Source: Anaerolineales bacterium (lineage in GTDB: Bacteria; Chloroflexota; Anaerolineae; Anaerolineales; UBA4823). Taken from it: a stretch of DNA of 64,000 nucleotides. Both the position numbers and the translations under genes were made by a program. Where the stretch lies: NCBI GenBank assembly GCA_034430155.1, contig DAOUET010000001.1, positions 342 to 64,341 of the forward strand. Reading direction: 5' to 3'. A model generated the notes under the pieces. It was not told where the DNA came from, made no database searches, and saw nothing but the letters and a program-made list of their open reading frames with translations. Shown in pieces: positions 1 through 11,859 of the stretch; position 1 is the first letter of the stretch, and each line of letters opens with the position of its first letter.

Positions 1-225
1 TATCTAATCTTCTACCTCCATTCTTGAGTAAACCCTTGAAAAACCCAGGATGGCAACGGCGTTAACCGCCCATCCGCGCCGCCGTCCGCAACCAAGCCAC
101 TTCTCCGGTGGCGTAATCGATGTAGGCCAGCAGGCTCAGCCAGGGTACCGGTCCTTCCAGCCAGTCATGCCGGCTGCCATCCTCCAACAGCTATAATCTA
201 TCAATCCTGGGGTTTCGCTACGACT

Positions 226-1332
226 TTACCCTGATTTCTGTAAGGCTGGAAGAACGTATTGCTCGATTAACTGAAATATCGCCTCGTGACCCTCCATTTC
301 GGCTGTGGCGACGATGATTAAGTCAGACCCTGGCACCACCAAGATGGTCTGTCCATACAGCCCCAAGGCTGCATAAGCCTGCATGGAAGGAAAGGTCCAC
401 CACTGGTACCCATAGCTCAGGTCGCTGTCGGTCTCTGTGTGACTTTGCGTGGCGTTCTCCACCCAGCTGGTCGAGACGATTTGCCTTCCATTCCACTCTC
501 CATCCTGGAGGTACAGGTAACCCAGTTTTGCCATGTCACGGGGCGTAAGTTGCAATCCCCAGCCGCCGATGGGAATCCCGGTGGCATCGGTTTCCCATAT
601 CGCGTTCGAAATGCTGAGCGGCTTGAACAGATATTGCTCGGCGAAATCGCGGGTTTTCATGCCGGTGGTTTGCTGGAGGATGGCGGACAATAAATGGGAG
701 CATCCCGAACAATAGTTGAATTGGCTCCCAGGTGGTTGGGACATGGGTTTATCGAGCACGAACTTGACCCAATCCGGGCTTTGATACATGGCTCGATAAG
801 CAGGGTCTCCCTCCTCCCAATCTAAACCGGACCTCATGGTCAGCACGTCCTCCAGGGTCATGTCATCCTTTTGACGGCTGGTATTTGCAAACATACGATC
901 TGAGAAGAAATCTAATATTCGATGGTCAGTTCCGTCGATGTACCCTTTATCGATGGCGATCCCGATGAGGGTAGAAACGAAGCTCTTGGTGCAGGAATAT
1001 AACTCGTATCTTGTGTCCCGTTGATAAGACCCGAAATAGGTTTCGCTGACCAGATAGCCGTTCCGGATGACCAGCAGGCTGTGGAAATTCAAGTGCTTTT
1101 CTTGGATGGCGGCCAGCATCTGGTCCAGCTTCTGCGAGTCCATGCCCTGTTCTTCTGGGGTGGAGGTGCGCCAGGTTTCGGTTGGCCAGTATGTGCCGGT
1201 GGTCCGTGAAAGAGCTGGGAGGGTGGACGGTACAGCTGTGGCCGGGGGGCTTGAACAGCCCGCCAGAATCAGGATGAGTATGCCAAGCAGCGCCAGGAAT
1301 TGCGCAGAGCGGGTGGTGAGTTTGTTATTCAT
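226..1332 (-). CDS. Serine hydrolase / beta-lactamase-family lipoprotein
   Basis: 368-aa ORF with an N-terminal signal and lipobox (LILAGC). It has an SxxK active-site motif (YSCTKSF) and reads as class-C beta-lactamase/PBP-like throughout. Confidence 0.8.
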   Translation of the reverse strand: MNNKLTTRSAQFLALLGILILILAGCSSPPATAVPSTLPALSRTTGTYWPTETWRTSTPEEQGMDSQKLDQMLAAIQEKHLNFHSLLVIRNGYLVSETYFGSYQRDTRYELYSCTKSFVSTLIGIAIDKGYIDGTDHRILDFFSDRMFANTSRQKDDMTLEDVLTMRSGLDWEEGDPAYRAMYQSPDWVKFVLDKPMSQPPGSQFNYCSGCSHLLSAILQQTTGMKTRDFAEQYLFKPLSISNAIWETDATGIPIGGWGLQLTPRDMAKLGYLYLQDGEWNGRQIVSTSWVENATQSHTETDSDLSYGYQWWTFPSMQAYAALGLYGQTILVVPGSDLIIVATAEMEGHEAIFQLIEQYVLPALQKSG

Positions 1333-1463
1333 ACGGTTCCATCTCCAGTGAGTGAGGCGGACGCAGCCAGGCTAGGCAGTCCTGTGCAATTCCCCGGCGA
1401 TTGGCGTCATTTTATCTCCCCCTAAGCTAAGCGATATTCCGTGCTGATTGTGGTTGCCTAAAG

Positions 1464-1538
1464 TCGGGGCGGGCGGATTCGAACCGCCGACCTCACGGAC
1501 CCGAACCGTGCACTCTAACCGGACTGAGCTACGCCCCG
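1464..1538 (-). tRNA. tRNA-Pro (anticodon CGG)
   Basis: The reverse complement folds as a 75-nt cloverleaf. Acceptor is CGGGGCG/CGCCCCG, the anticodon stem is CACGG/CCGTG with loop TTCGGGT (CGG, G37), the T arm is GGCGG-TTCGAAT-CCGCC, and the discriminator is A. CCA is not encoded. Confidence 0.9.
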
Positions 1539-1855
1539 TGTTGATGGGATTATAATCTAGCCAAATGGCTTTTGCAAGCGTTTGGATCTCGCAGGATTTA
1601 TTGAGGATAAATTCCCTTCATCTGCCAAAGGTTCAGGATGAGCGCCACCATCCCCGGTATAATTAGGCGACGCTTTACATTTCACCTTTGAGGACATTTC
1701 CAGGCCAGTTCCAGGTAAATCGGATGGCCTCCTGGTGGCGAAAACGTGACCCACCGTCCTATCTTTAGAGAGGTTAGCTGATCCAGGGGAAGGTTTTCGA
1801 GGGTGTGAGGCTCGCGGATTTGCTGAAAAGGGCATAAACAATTAAGGAGACAACC

Positions 1856-2941
1856 ATGACAGATAACCAGAAGGTCCGGGTCGCTATTATTGGGGTTGGC
1901 AATTGCGCCTCTTCCCTGGTCCAAGGCGTCCATTTTTATCAAGAAGCCAAGCAAAATCAACAGGTGCCGGGGCTGATGCACGTCGATCTGGGGGACTACC
2001 ACGTGAGCGATATCGTGTTCAGCGCGGCTTTTGACGTGGTGGATACCAAGGTCGGGAAAGACCTTTCTGAGGCGATCTTCAGCTACCCAAACAATACCTA
2101 TAAGTTCCAACAGGTGCCACACCTGGACATACCGGTAGCGCGGGGTATGACCCATGACGGGTTGGGCAAGTACCTCTCCCAGATTTTGAAAAAATCGCCC
2201 GGCCCAACCGCTGACATCGTGGGCATTTTGAAAGAGACCAAAACCAACGTGGTGATCAATTTCCTGCCGGTTGGTTCAGAAATGGCGACCAAATGGTACG
2301 TGGAGCAGGTGTTGGATGCGGGTTGTGCATTTGTCAACGCCATCCCGGTGTTTATCGCCAGCCAGGATTATTGGGCCAAGCGTTTCCGTGAAAGGGGTCT
2401 GCCCATCATCGGGGACGATATCAAGAGCCAGGTGGGAGCCACCATCCTGCACCGCGTGCTAACCAGCCTTTTTGTTGACCGGGGCGTACGGCTCGACCAT
2501 ACCTACCAATTGAATTTTGGTGGCAACACCGATTTCCTTAATATGCTGGAACGCGAGCGCCTGGAATCGAAGAAAATATCCAAGACCGGGGCGGTGACCA
2601 GCATGCTGCCGTATGCCCTGCCCCAGGATGACGTGCACGTTGGCCCGAGTGATCACGTACCTTGGCTAACAGACCGGAAGTGGTGCTATATCCGCATGGA
2701 GGGCACCACTTTTGGGGATGTCCCCCTCAATTTGGAGGCAAAATTAGAAGTGTGGGACTCGCCCAACTCGGCTGGTGTGATGATCGACGCGGTGCGCTGC
2801 GCTAAGATCGGGCTGGACCGGGGGCTGAGCGGCCCATTAATCGCGCCTTCCTCCTATTTTATGAAAACGCCTCCCAAACAGTTCAATGATTCGGTCGCCC
2901 GTGAGATGGTGGAGGCTTATATCCGAGGGGAAGAGGCTTGA
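1856..2941 (+). CDS. ino1: myo-Inositol-3-phosphate synthase
   Basis: 361 aa. The N-terminus [23 protein letters not shown] is the characteristic bacterial/archaeal MIPS Rossmann motif. An AAGGAG RBS lies 7 nt upstream of the ATG. Confidence 0.9.
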   Translation: MTDNQKVRVAIIGVGNCASSLVQGVHFYQEAKQNQQVPGLMHVDLGDYHVSDIVFSAAFDVVDTKVGKDLSEAIFSYPNNTYKFQQVPHLDIPVARGMTHDGLGKYLSQILKKSPGPTADIVGILKETKTNVVINFLPVGSEMATKWYVEQVLDAGCAFVNAIPVFIASQDYWAKRFRERGLPIIGDDIKSQVGATILHRVLTSLFVDRGVRLDHTYQLNFGGNTDFLNMLERERLESKKISKTGAVTSMLPYALPQDDVHVGPSDHVPWLTDRKWCYIRMEGTTFGDVPLNLEAKLEVWDSPNSAGVMIDAVRCAKIGLDRGLSGPLIAPSSYFMKTPPKQFNDSVAREMVEAYIRGEEA

Positions 2942-2942
2942 A

Positions 2943-2951
2943 TGGTATAAT
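2943..2951 (+). promoter_or_regulatory. Extended -10 promoter element TGGTATAAT upstream of yebC
   Basis: Exact TGnTATAAT located 70 nt upstream of the yebC ATG, immediately after the ino1 stop codon. Confidence 0.4.
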
Positions 2952-3020
2952 TCTCATGCGCACTTGGTATATTAATGGAAGTGTGCCACTTTGTTTGTTG
3001 ATTTCTCAGGAGAGTGATCT

Positions 3021-3776
3021 ATGTCTGGACATTCCAAGTGGTCCACGATCAAGCGCAAGAAAGGTGCGGCCGACGCCAGACGAGGGCAGGTTTTCACCCG
3101 TTTGGCGCGGGAAATAGCCATCGCTGCCCGGGAAGGGGGCGGTGATCCGGATGCTAATTTTCGCTTACGGCTGACGGTTGACCGGGCTCGGGCGAATAAC
3201 ATGCCCAAAGATAATATCGAACGGGCCATCGCACGCGGTACGGGGGACAATAAAGACGGCAGCCAGTTGGAGGAAGTTTCCTACGAGGGCTATGGACCCC
3301 ATGGCATCGCTTTAATGATTGATTGTGTAACCGATAATCGCAACCGGGCTGTGGCGGATATCCGTCACATACTCACCAGGTTTGGAGGAAGTTTGGGAGA
3401 AGGGGGTTCGGTTGGCTGGCAGTTCAGCCGGTTGGCTTATTTTTCTTTCCCCGATGAAAATCACGACCACGATAAGTTGTTCGAAATCGCGGTGGACGCT
3501 GGAGCGGATGATATTACTTTCGAAGATGGTGAGGTGGAAATCGTTGGGCCGGTTGAAGCCTTCAAAGATATCAGCGATGGATTGCACGCCGCGGGTATCC
3601 AGCCGGAAGAGGCTGGGCTGCGGAGGGTACCCAATAACGAAATTGCCCTCAGGCCTGATGAGACCCTGCAGGTAATGCGAGTGATCGATAATCTTGAGGA
3701 TTTGGACGACGTACAGGAGGTTTTTTCCAACTTAAATATCTCAGACGAAGCCCTGGCTCAACTGGAGGCAGCCTGA
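3021..3776 (+). CDS. yebC: YebC/PmpR-family transcriptional regulator
   Basis: 251 aa. The N-terminus MSGHSKWSTIKRKKGAADARRG is diagnostic of the YebC family. The position upstream of ruvC is the classical arrangement. Confidence 0.9.
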   Translation: MSGHSKWSTIKRKKGAADARRGQVFTRLAREIAIAAREGGGDPDANFRLRLTVDRARANNMPKDNIERAIARGTGDNKDGSQLEEVSYEGYGPHGIALMIDCVTDNRNRAVADIRHILTRFGGSLGEGGSVGWQFSRLAYFSFPDENHDHDKLFEIAVDAGADDITFEDGEVEIVGPVEAFKDISDGLHAAGIQPEEAGLRRVPNNEIALRPDETLQVMRVIDNLEDLDDVQEVFSNLNISDEALAQLEAA

Positions 3777-3782
3777 GAGCGT

Positions 3783-4277
3783 ATGCTGGTAATTGGGATT
3801 GATCCTGGGACGGCTACCACAGGGTATGGTTTGGTTAGAGAAAATGAGGATGGCAGTCTAGCGCTGGTGGATTATGGGGTAATCCTGACTTCTGCGGATA
3901 ATCCCATGGCAAAGCGGCTCTTAGATCTGCACCACCGATTAAAAGAGGTCATACTTCTCCACCGGCCCCAAAGCGGTGCGGTGGAGAAGTTGTTTTTTCA
4001 ACGAAACGTACGTACCGCGCTTTCGGTGGGGCAGGGGCGCGGCGTGGCATTATTGGCTTTAGCGGAAGCGCAAGTGGGGGTGGCTGAATATACCCCCCTG
4101 GAAGTCAAACAGGCAGTGACAGGCTACGGTGGGGCTGATAAGAACCAGGTACAACAAATGGTGAGGGCCTTGCTGGGCCTGGAAGAGGTTCCAAAGCCTG
4201 ATGACGCCGCAGATGCGCTGGCGGTGGCAATTTGCCACTTACATAGCGCTCAGACGCGCCTGCTATTTGAGGATTAA
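3783..4277 (+). CDS. ruvC: Holliday junction resolvase RuvC
   Basis: 164 aa. MLVIGIDPGTATTGYG is the RNase-H-fold catalytic Asp motif, and the C-terminal PDDAADALAVAICH motif is present. Confidence 0.9.
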   Translation: MLVIGIDPGTATTGYGLVRENEDGSLALVDYGVILTSADNPMAKRLLDLHHRLKEVILLHRPQSGAVEKLFFQRNVRTALSVGQGRGVALLALAEAQVGVAEYTPLEVKQAVTGYGGADKNQVQQMVRALLGLEEVPKPDDAADALAVAICHLHSAQTRLLFED

Positions 4278-4354
4278 AAGGCATTTTCGTATAGCCATTG
4301 AATTATGGGCATTTTATTGGCATATTGGAACCCAAGTGGGAGAAGAATGGTGAT

Positions 4355-4933
4355 ATGATCGCCAGTTTGCGGGGAAAAGTCGTAGGACTAGATACGAACC
4401 GCGTTGTGGTGGAGGTGGGTGGGGTCGGCTTGCAGGTACATATCCCGGCTCCTCTAAAAGACCAGTTACGCCGGGGAGATACGGTTTCGTTTTTCACGCA
4501 TTTAGTCGTACGGCAAGATGCACTGACCCTTTACGGTTTCGATACTCCCGAAGCCAGGGATTTCTTCGTGATCTTGATGAGCGTGAATGGCGTTGGTCCC
4601 CGGCTTGCACTGGGCATGCTCTCCGTTTTAACCCCCGATAGCATGCGACGGGCGGTGTTCAACCAACAAGCGGAAGTATTCAGCAGGGTGCCGGGGGTAG
4701 GTAAAAAAACCGCCCAGAAGATCCTGCTTTATTTACAGGATCGTATCAAGGCGATTGAAGGGTTCGAACCGCTGGAAAGGATCAGCGATGTAGATAGTGA
4801 GGTGCTGAGCGCGCTGACTACCCTGGGTTACAGTGTAGTGGAAGCCCAGGCTGCCTTGCAGTGGCTGCCACGCGATACCCCGGAGGATGTTGAAACTCGC
4901 CTGAGACTGGCGTTGCAATATTTTTCCAAATAA
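4355..4933 (+). CDS. ruvA: Holliday junction DNA helicase subunit RuvA
   Basis: The ORF opens at 4298, but the canonical RuvA N-terminus MIASLRGKV starts at the internal ATG at 4355. HhH motifs (GVGPRLA, VPGVGKKTA) are present. No ruvB follows. Confidence 0.85.
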   Translation: MIASLRGKVVGLDTNRVVVEVGGVGLQVHIPAPLKDQLRRGDTVSFFTHLVVRQDALTLYGFDTPEARDFFVILMSVNGVGPRLALGMLSVLTPDSMRRAVFNQQAEVFSRVPGVGKKTAQKILLYLQDRIKAIEGFEPLERISDVDSEVLSALTTLGYSVVEAQAALQWLPRDTPEDVETRLRLALQYFSK

Positions 4934-4945
4934 GCGGAGGTGTTC

Positions 4946-5809
4946 ATGTTTACTAATCGTCAAATTGCCTTCATTGGTCCAGGCGTGATGGCCGAGGCTA
5001 TAGTTGCGGGATTAATCCACCAGAGTGTGGCTGCTCCGGAAAATATCATGGCATCCGGGCCCCGCCTGGAGCGGGTTGAAGAGCTACAAGGGCGGTATGG
5101 TATCAAGCCTTCGACAGATAATGTCGCAACAGCCCATCAGGCCGACGTGGTGGTATTATCGATCAAACCGCAACGGATGGGCCAGGTATTGGCGGGCTTG
5201 CGAGATGTGATCAAGCCGCAAGCGTTGGTGTTGTCTATTGTGGCTGGCGCAACCATCGAAAAGATCAGCACTGGATTGAACCAGGCCAACATTGTGCGAT
5301 CTATGCCCAACACCCCCGCGCAAATTGGAGAAGGCATTACGGTATGGACAGCAGCACCTTCGGTATCTTCTGAACAAAAGGAAATGGCTCGCCAGATCCT
5401 GGCAGCTCTGGGAGCGGAAATTTACATGGAGGATGAGTATTACCTGGATATGGCGACTGCTCTCTCCGGAACCGGACCGGCATATGTGTTCTTATTTATG
5501 GAAGCGATGGTCGACGCCGGCGTCCATCTGGGCTTCCCCCGCCGGGTGGCAGAAATGCTGGTTGCTCAGACCGTGCGTGGATCGGTAGATTATTATGAAA
5601 AACGAGACGATCCTGTGCATCTGGCACGGCTGCGTAATCAGGTTACCTCACCGGGAGGCACTTCTGCAGCAGCTTTGTATTATCTTGAAAAAGCGGGATT
5701 CCGGACGGCGATTTCTCGGGCAATCTGGGCTGCCTATGAGCGATCAATCGAGTTGGGACGGGGCGGAAAGGCTCACCCACCCGAAAAAAACGCAGGCAAG
5801 GAGGCATGA
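4946..5809 (+). CDS. proC: Pyrroline-5-carboxylate reductase
   Basis: IAFIGPGVMAEAI Rossmann motif and the C-terminal VTSPGGTS ProC signature. The ATG at 4946 sits 5 nt after GGAGG; the ORF track starts at GTG 4940. Confidence 0.9.
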   Translation: MFTNRQIAFIGPGVMAEAIVAGLIHQSVAAPENIMASGPRLERVEELQGRYGIKPSTDNVATAHQADVVVLSIKPQRMGQVLAGLRDVIKPQALVLSIVAGATIEKISTGLNQANIVRSMPNTPAQIGEGITVWTAAPSVSSEQKEMARQILAALGAEIYMEDEYYLDMATALSGTGPAYVFLFMEAMVDAGVHLGFPRRVAEMLVAQTVRGSVDYYEKRDDPVHLARLRNQVTSPGGTSAAALYYLEKAGFRTAISRAIWAAYERSIELGRGGKAHPPEKNAGKEA

Positions 5810-5823
5810 AACCGCCTCCTTTT
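5798..5823 (+). terminator. Intrinsic terminator overlapping the proC stop
   Basis: Stem AAGGAGGC / GCCTCCTT with loop ATGAAACC, running into TTTT. Confidence 0.55.
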
Positions 5824-6019
5824 CGATGAGGGCCTGCTCAGAAGCAGCATATTGTGAATAACTGGACAAGATAGGTGCTTTCAGGTATCATTTTAGCGTT
5901 TCAGCCTTTCACAGACATGAATTACCCTTATTTTCAGCAGAATTTTGATATAAGTCCGGGCGCAAGCGCACCGGCTGATTCACCTTAGTGAATAAATCCC
6001 CAAAAGGAAGGGTTCTTGG

Positions 6020-7090
6020 ATGGATGCCACCCAACAGCTTCTATCGGAATTGACCGAAGCCCATGGTGTGCCCGGATACGAAGCTCCTGTCCGGGCCATC
6101 GTTCGCAAGTATCTAGAGCCATTAGGGGAGCTCTCTCAGGACAAAATTGGTAGTGTGATATGCAAAAAAACCGGCAGCGCTTCCCAGCCGAAAGTGATGT
6201 TGGCCGGGCATATGGATGAGATCGGTTTTATGGTGAAGCACATCACCGATGAAGGCTTCATCAAGTTCATACCACTGGGAGGCTGGTTCGACCAGGTATT
6301 ACTGGGCCAAAGGGTAGTTATCAAGGCCAGCAGAAAGGATGTGGTGGGGGTGATTGGTGCGAAACCACCCCACCTGTTGCCAGCGGATGAGCGTGACAAA
6401 GTGGTTCCCAAAAAAGAAATGTACATTGATATTGGAGCCACAAGTAAGCAAGAAGTCGAAGAGGCTGGAGTACGTCCAGGAGACGCCATCATCCCCAGGG
6501 CTGATTTTGTACCCCTGGCGAATGGGAAAACATACCTGTCGAAAGCTTTTGATGACCGGGTAGGCACTGCTTTGGTCATTTCAGCCTTGCAAGGCTTGCA
6601 GGATCAGGAGCATCCTAATACGGTATTCGGTGTGGCGACGGTAATGGAGGAGGTAGGCGTACGAGGCGCCACCACCAGTGTCCGAGCGGTAGACCCGGAT
6701 GTGGCTATCGTTTTGGAATCTGACATTGCTGGGGATGTGCCTGGAATCAAGCCGGAAGAATCTTCAGTTAAACTCGGTGCAGGACCCACCCTGCTGATTT
6801 ACGACGCCCGTATGATCCCGAACTTGAAACTGCGCGATCTGGTTCTGGAGACCGCTAAGAAAATCGATGTCCCAGTACAGGTATCTTATGTGGAAGGGGG
6901 CGCTACTGACGGAAGCGCCATCCATCTTCATGGAATCGGGGTCCCCACAGTGGTGATTGGGGTGGCCGCCCGCCATATCCATTCTCATAGTTCTATCATT
7001 CACCGGGAAGATTATGATCGGGCGTTGAAATTAATTATAGAGCTGTTGAAAGGTCTAGATGCAGATAGCGTGGCCGGATTGACGGCCTGA
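6020..7090 (+). CDS. M42-family aminopeptidase (FrvX/YsdC/PepA-like)
   Basis: 356 aa. HMDEIGFMVKHITDEGFIKFIPLGGW and the DDRVG / MEEVG metal-ligand motifs are typical of peptidase M42. Confidence 0.85.
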   Translation: MDATQQLLSELTEAHGVPGYEAPVRAIVRKYLEPLGELSQDKIGSVICKKTGSASQPKVMLAGHMDEIGFMVKHITDEGFIKFIPLGGWFDQVLLGQRVVIKASRKDVVGVIGAKPPHLLPADERDKVVPKKEMYIDIGATSKQEVEEAGVRPGDAIIPRADFVPLANGKTYLSKAFDDRVGTALVISALQGLQDQEHPNTVFGVATVMEEVGVRGATTSVRAVDPDVAIVLESDIAGDVPGIKPEESSVKLGAGPTLLIYDARMIPNLKLRDLVLETAKKIDVPVQVSYVEGGATDGSAIHLHGIGVPTVVIGVAARHIHSHSSIIHREDYDRALKLIIELLKGLDADSVAGLTA

Positions 7091-7115
7091 ATTATTTATT
7101 GTTATGATTTAGTAA

Positions 7116-7197
7116 TTACGCAGTTCAGGGGAAAATCGGGGGTGTTTGGGCGGGCAACGCCCGCCCAAACACCCCCATCCTCCTACCAACTGCGTAA
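7116..7197. repeat. 82-nt composite palindrome (outer 10-bp stem + inner 17-18-bp GC stem)
   Basis: TTACGCAGTT (7116-7125) pairs with AACTGCGTAA (7188-7197). GGGGGTGTTTGGGCGGGC (7138-7155) pairs perfectly with GCCCGCCCAAACACCCCC (7159-7176). It lies between the M42 gene and atpA. Confidence 0.8.
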
Positions 7198-7236
7198 GTC
7201 CTATGATTATTATTCACCGGTCGGCACGGAGGCGAA

Positions 7237-8898
7237 ATGAGTGACCTGATAAAACAGATAACGGGGGATATACAGAAGCAAATAGACGCTTTTGAACCCG
7301 ATTTTGGCGTAAGAGATATCGGCAACGTCCTCGAATCTGGCGATGGCATTGCTTGGTTAAGCGGGTTATCAGATGTACGCGCTCAAGAATTGGTGCAGTT
7401 CGCTAACGGCGTAATGGGAATCGCCTTCAGCCTGGAACGAGACAAAGTCGGTGTAATTGTTATGGGTGATTCTTCCGGGGTCGAAGAAGGTATGGTCGTG
7501 CTCTCTACCGGCCGCATCGCTTCGGTGCCGGTGGGTGATGGGCTGATTGGTCGGGTGGTGGACGCTTTAGGCCAGCCCATCGATGGGAAAGGACCGATCA
7601 AGTTCGACCACTACCGGGCGATAGAGCGGATCGCTCCTGGGGTCGTTTCTCGCAAGGACGTGGATTCCCCGGTCCAAACCGGAATAAAAGCGATCGACGC
7701 CATGACCCCCATCGGGCGCGGCCAGCGCGAATTGATCATCGGAGACCGGCAGACCGGTAAGACAGCTCTGACAATCGACACCATCATCAACCAGAAGGGT
7801 AAAGACCTTCTGTGCATTTACGTAGCCATCGGGCAAAAGAAAGCTTCCATCGCACGCACTGTGGATGTGCTCGAGCGAAATGGCGCGATGGATTACACCA
7901 TCGTATTAATGGCTTCTGCGAATGAACCGGCGGCCTTACAATACTTCGCACCGTATGCCGGCTGCGCTATAGGCGAGGAGTTTATGGAGAACGGCCGGGA
8001 TGCACTGGTGGTGTATGATGATCTCACCAAGCACGCCTGGGCTTACCGGCAAGTATCCCTGCTGCTACGGCGCCCACCAGGACGAGAAGCTTACCCTGGG
8101 GATGTTTTTTACCTGCACTCCCGTTTGCTGGAACGCGCTGCACGCCTAGCGGATGAGTATGTTATCGTAGCGAAGGATTTCGATGGCGATCTGGCAACCC
8201 CTCCGGATGCGCTGGAAGGCCGCCTATTTTCAGGCCCGCTCGCCTTTCACGACGCAGGTAAAGCGCTCGAGGAAATGGAAAACCCTAAAGATTTCAAGGT
8301 GGTCAAGCGTAAGGGTTCCGGAGGTTCATTGACGGCCCTACCGATTATTGAAACACAATTAGGGGATGTGTCTGCTTATATCCCTACTAACGTGATTTCG
8401 ATCACAGATGGACAGATATACCTGGAAAGCAACCTGTTTTATGCAGGCATTCGACCGGCAATCAATGTGGGGCTCTCGGTTTCGCGAGTAGGTGGCGATG
8501 CCCAGACAAAAGCCATACGGCAGGTCGCAGGGCGTTTGCGCCTGGATATGGCCTCATTCCGTGAACTGGCGGCCTTCGCCCAATTCGGTTCCGACCTGGA
8601 TAAATCAACTCAGGCTCAGCTGAACCGGGGCCAGCACCTGCAAGAGATCCTGAAACAACCGCAATATTCTCCGGTATCCCTGGAGAACGAGGTCATAGCT
8701 ATCTTTGCCGGAACCAACGGATACTCGGATAAAATACCTCTGGAGCGTATGTTGAATTGGGAAGCCAGTTTATTGCGATTTTTAGAAACCTCCCATCCAG
8801 ACATCGGTAGAGACATCCGGGAAAAGAAGATACTCACGGATGAGACCCAAGCCAATCTACGCGAAGCGATTCAAACATTTAATTCCACCTGGCATTAA
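7237..8898 (+). CDS. atpA: F1 ATP synthase alpha subunit (with ~40-aa insertion)
   Basis: 553 aa. Walker A GDRQTGKT and conserved blocks [20 protein letters not shown] and [38 protein letters not shown]. Confidence 0.95.
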   Translation: MSDLIKQITGDIQKQIDAFEPDFGVRDIGNVLESGDGIAWLSGLSDVRAQELVQFANGVMGIAFSLERDKVGVIVMGDSSGVEEGMVVLSTGRIASVPVGDGLIGRVVDALGQPIDGKGPIKFDHYRAIERIAPGVVSRKDVDSPVQTGIKAIDAMTPIGRGQRELIIGDRQTGKTALTIDTIINQKGKDLLCIYVAIGQKKASIARTVDVLERNGAMDYTIVLMASANEPAALQYFAPYAGCAIGEEFMENGRDALVVYDDLTKHAWAYRQVSLLLRRPPGREAYPGDVFYLHSRLLERAARLADEYVIVAKDFDGDLATPPDALEGRLFSGPLAFHDAGKALEEMENPKDFKVVKRKGSGGSLTALPIIETQLGDVSAYIPTNVISITDGQIYLESNLFYAGIRPAINVGLSVSRVGGDAQTKAIRQVAGRLRLDMASFRELAAFAQFGSDLDKSTQAQLNRGQHLQEILKQPQYSPVSLENEVIAIFAGTNGYSDKIPLERMLNWEASLLRFLETSHPDIGRDIREKKILTDETQANLREAIQTFNSTWH

Positions 8899-8930
8899 TA
8901 AAGAAGATAAAGCCCTGTATTGGATAGATT

Positions 8931-11305
<2,375 letters not shown>

Positions 11306-11400
11306 GCCAGACCAATCTTCAAGACTCACCAGTTTGGCGCTTCCCATGAGGCGGGTGTTAGGCAGCCAGGAAAGTTATGCTTGATGAATGAGAGTTAGCC

Positions 11401-11853
11401 ATGCCAGTACGTATTGAAATTGTCTCACAGGATCGCCTAGTATATGAAGGCGATGCGGATATTGTCATCATACCTGGAACCGCGGGAGAAATGGGTATCC
11501 TGCCGAACCACGCGCCATTACTCTCAACCCTGCAATTTGGCATTTTGAAGGTTCGTATCAAGGACCAGGAGGAGGTTTTCGCGGTTGCAGGGGGGATCAT
11601 TGAAGTACAGCCGAAACTGGTCACGGTATTAGCAGACAGCGCTGAAAATGTGCAGGATATTGATGTAGCCCGGGCTGAAGCTGCTCGCCAGCGGGCGCAA
11701 GAATTGCTGCAAAAAGGCCCAACCCCAGATAGCGAAGCGTATATGAAAATGGAAGCGGCATTACGACGATCTAACTTGCGCCTGGAAGCCGTCCAGCGTT
11801 ATCGTCGTGGTCAAAGATCCCGCCCTCCTGGAATGGGCGAACCGGAATCTTAA
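11401..11853 (+). CDS. atpC: F1 ATP synthase epsilon subunit
   Basis: 150 aa. The N-terminal beta-sandwich (GEMGILPNHAPLLSTL) and C-terminal helical hairpin are present, plus a short basic C-terminal tail. Confidence 0.9.
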   Translation: MPVRIEIVSQDRLVYEGDADIVIIPGTAGEMGILPNHAPLLSTLQFGILKVRIKDQEEVFAVAGGIIEVQPKLVTVLADSAENVQDIDVARAEAARQRAQELLQKGPTPDSEAYMKMEAALRRSNLRLEAVQRYRRGQRSRPPGMGEPES

Positions 11854-11859
11854 CAGCTT

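Noticed and set aside
62-190. Short minus-strand reading frame (~41 codons, ...DGSRHDWLEGPVPWLSLLAYIDYATGEVAWLRTAARMGG) downstream of the beta-lactamase-family gene.
   Set aside because: It has no ATG or GTG start, is too short, and is not recognisable. It may be a gene remnant, but that is unsupported.
1557-2155. Minus-strand ORFs of 94 and 157 aa upstream of and overlapping ino1.
   Set aside because: They overlap the strongly supported ino1 start and its AAGGAG RBS, and I found no homology or motif. The 300-nt ino1 leader itself showed no structure I could identify.
5852-5869. Rex-box-like TTGTGAATAACTGGACAA between proC and the M42 peptidase gene.
   Set aside because: The left half-site is perfect, but the right half (TGGACAA against TTCACAA) has two mismatches at core positions, so the site is not palindromic. 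It may be a weak site, but it is not supportable from sequence alone.
7125-7349. 74-aa minus-strand ORF.
   Set aside because: It spans the 82-nt palindrome and the atpA start region, so it is an artefact of the GC-rich inverted repeat.
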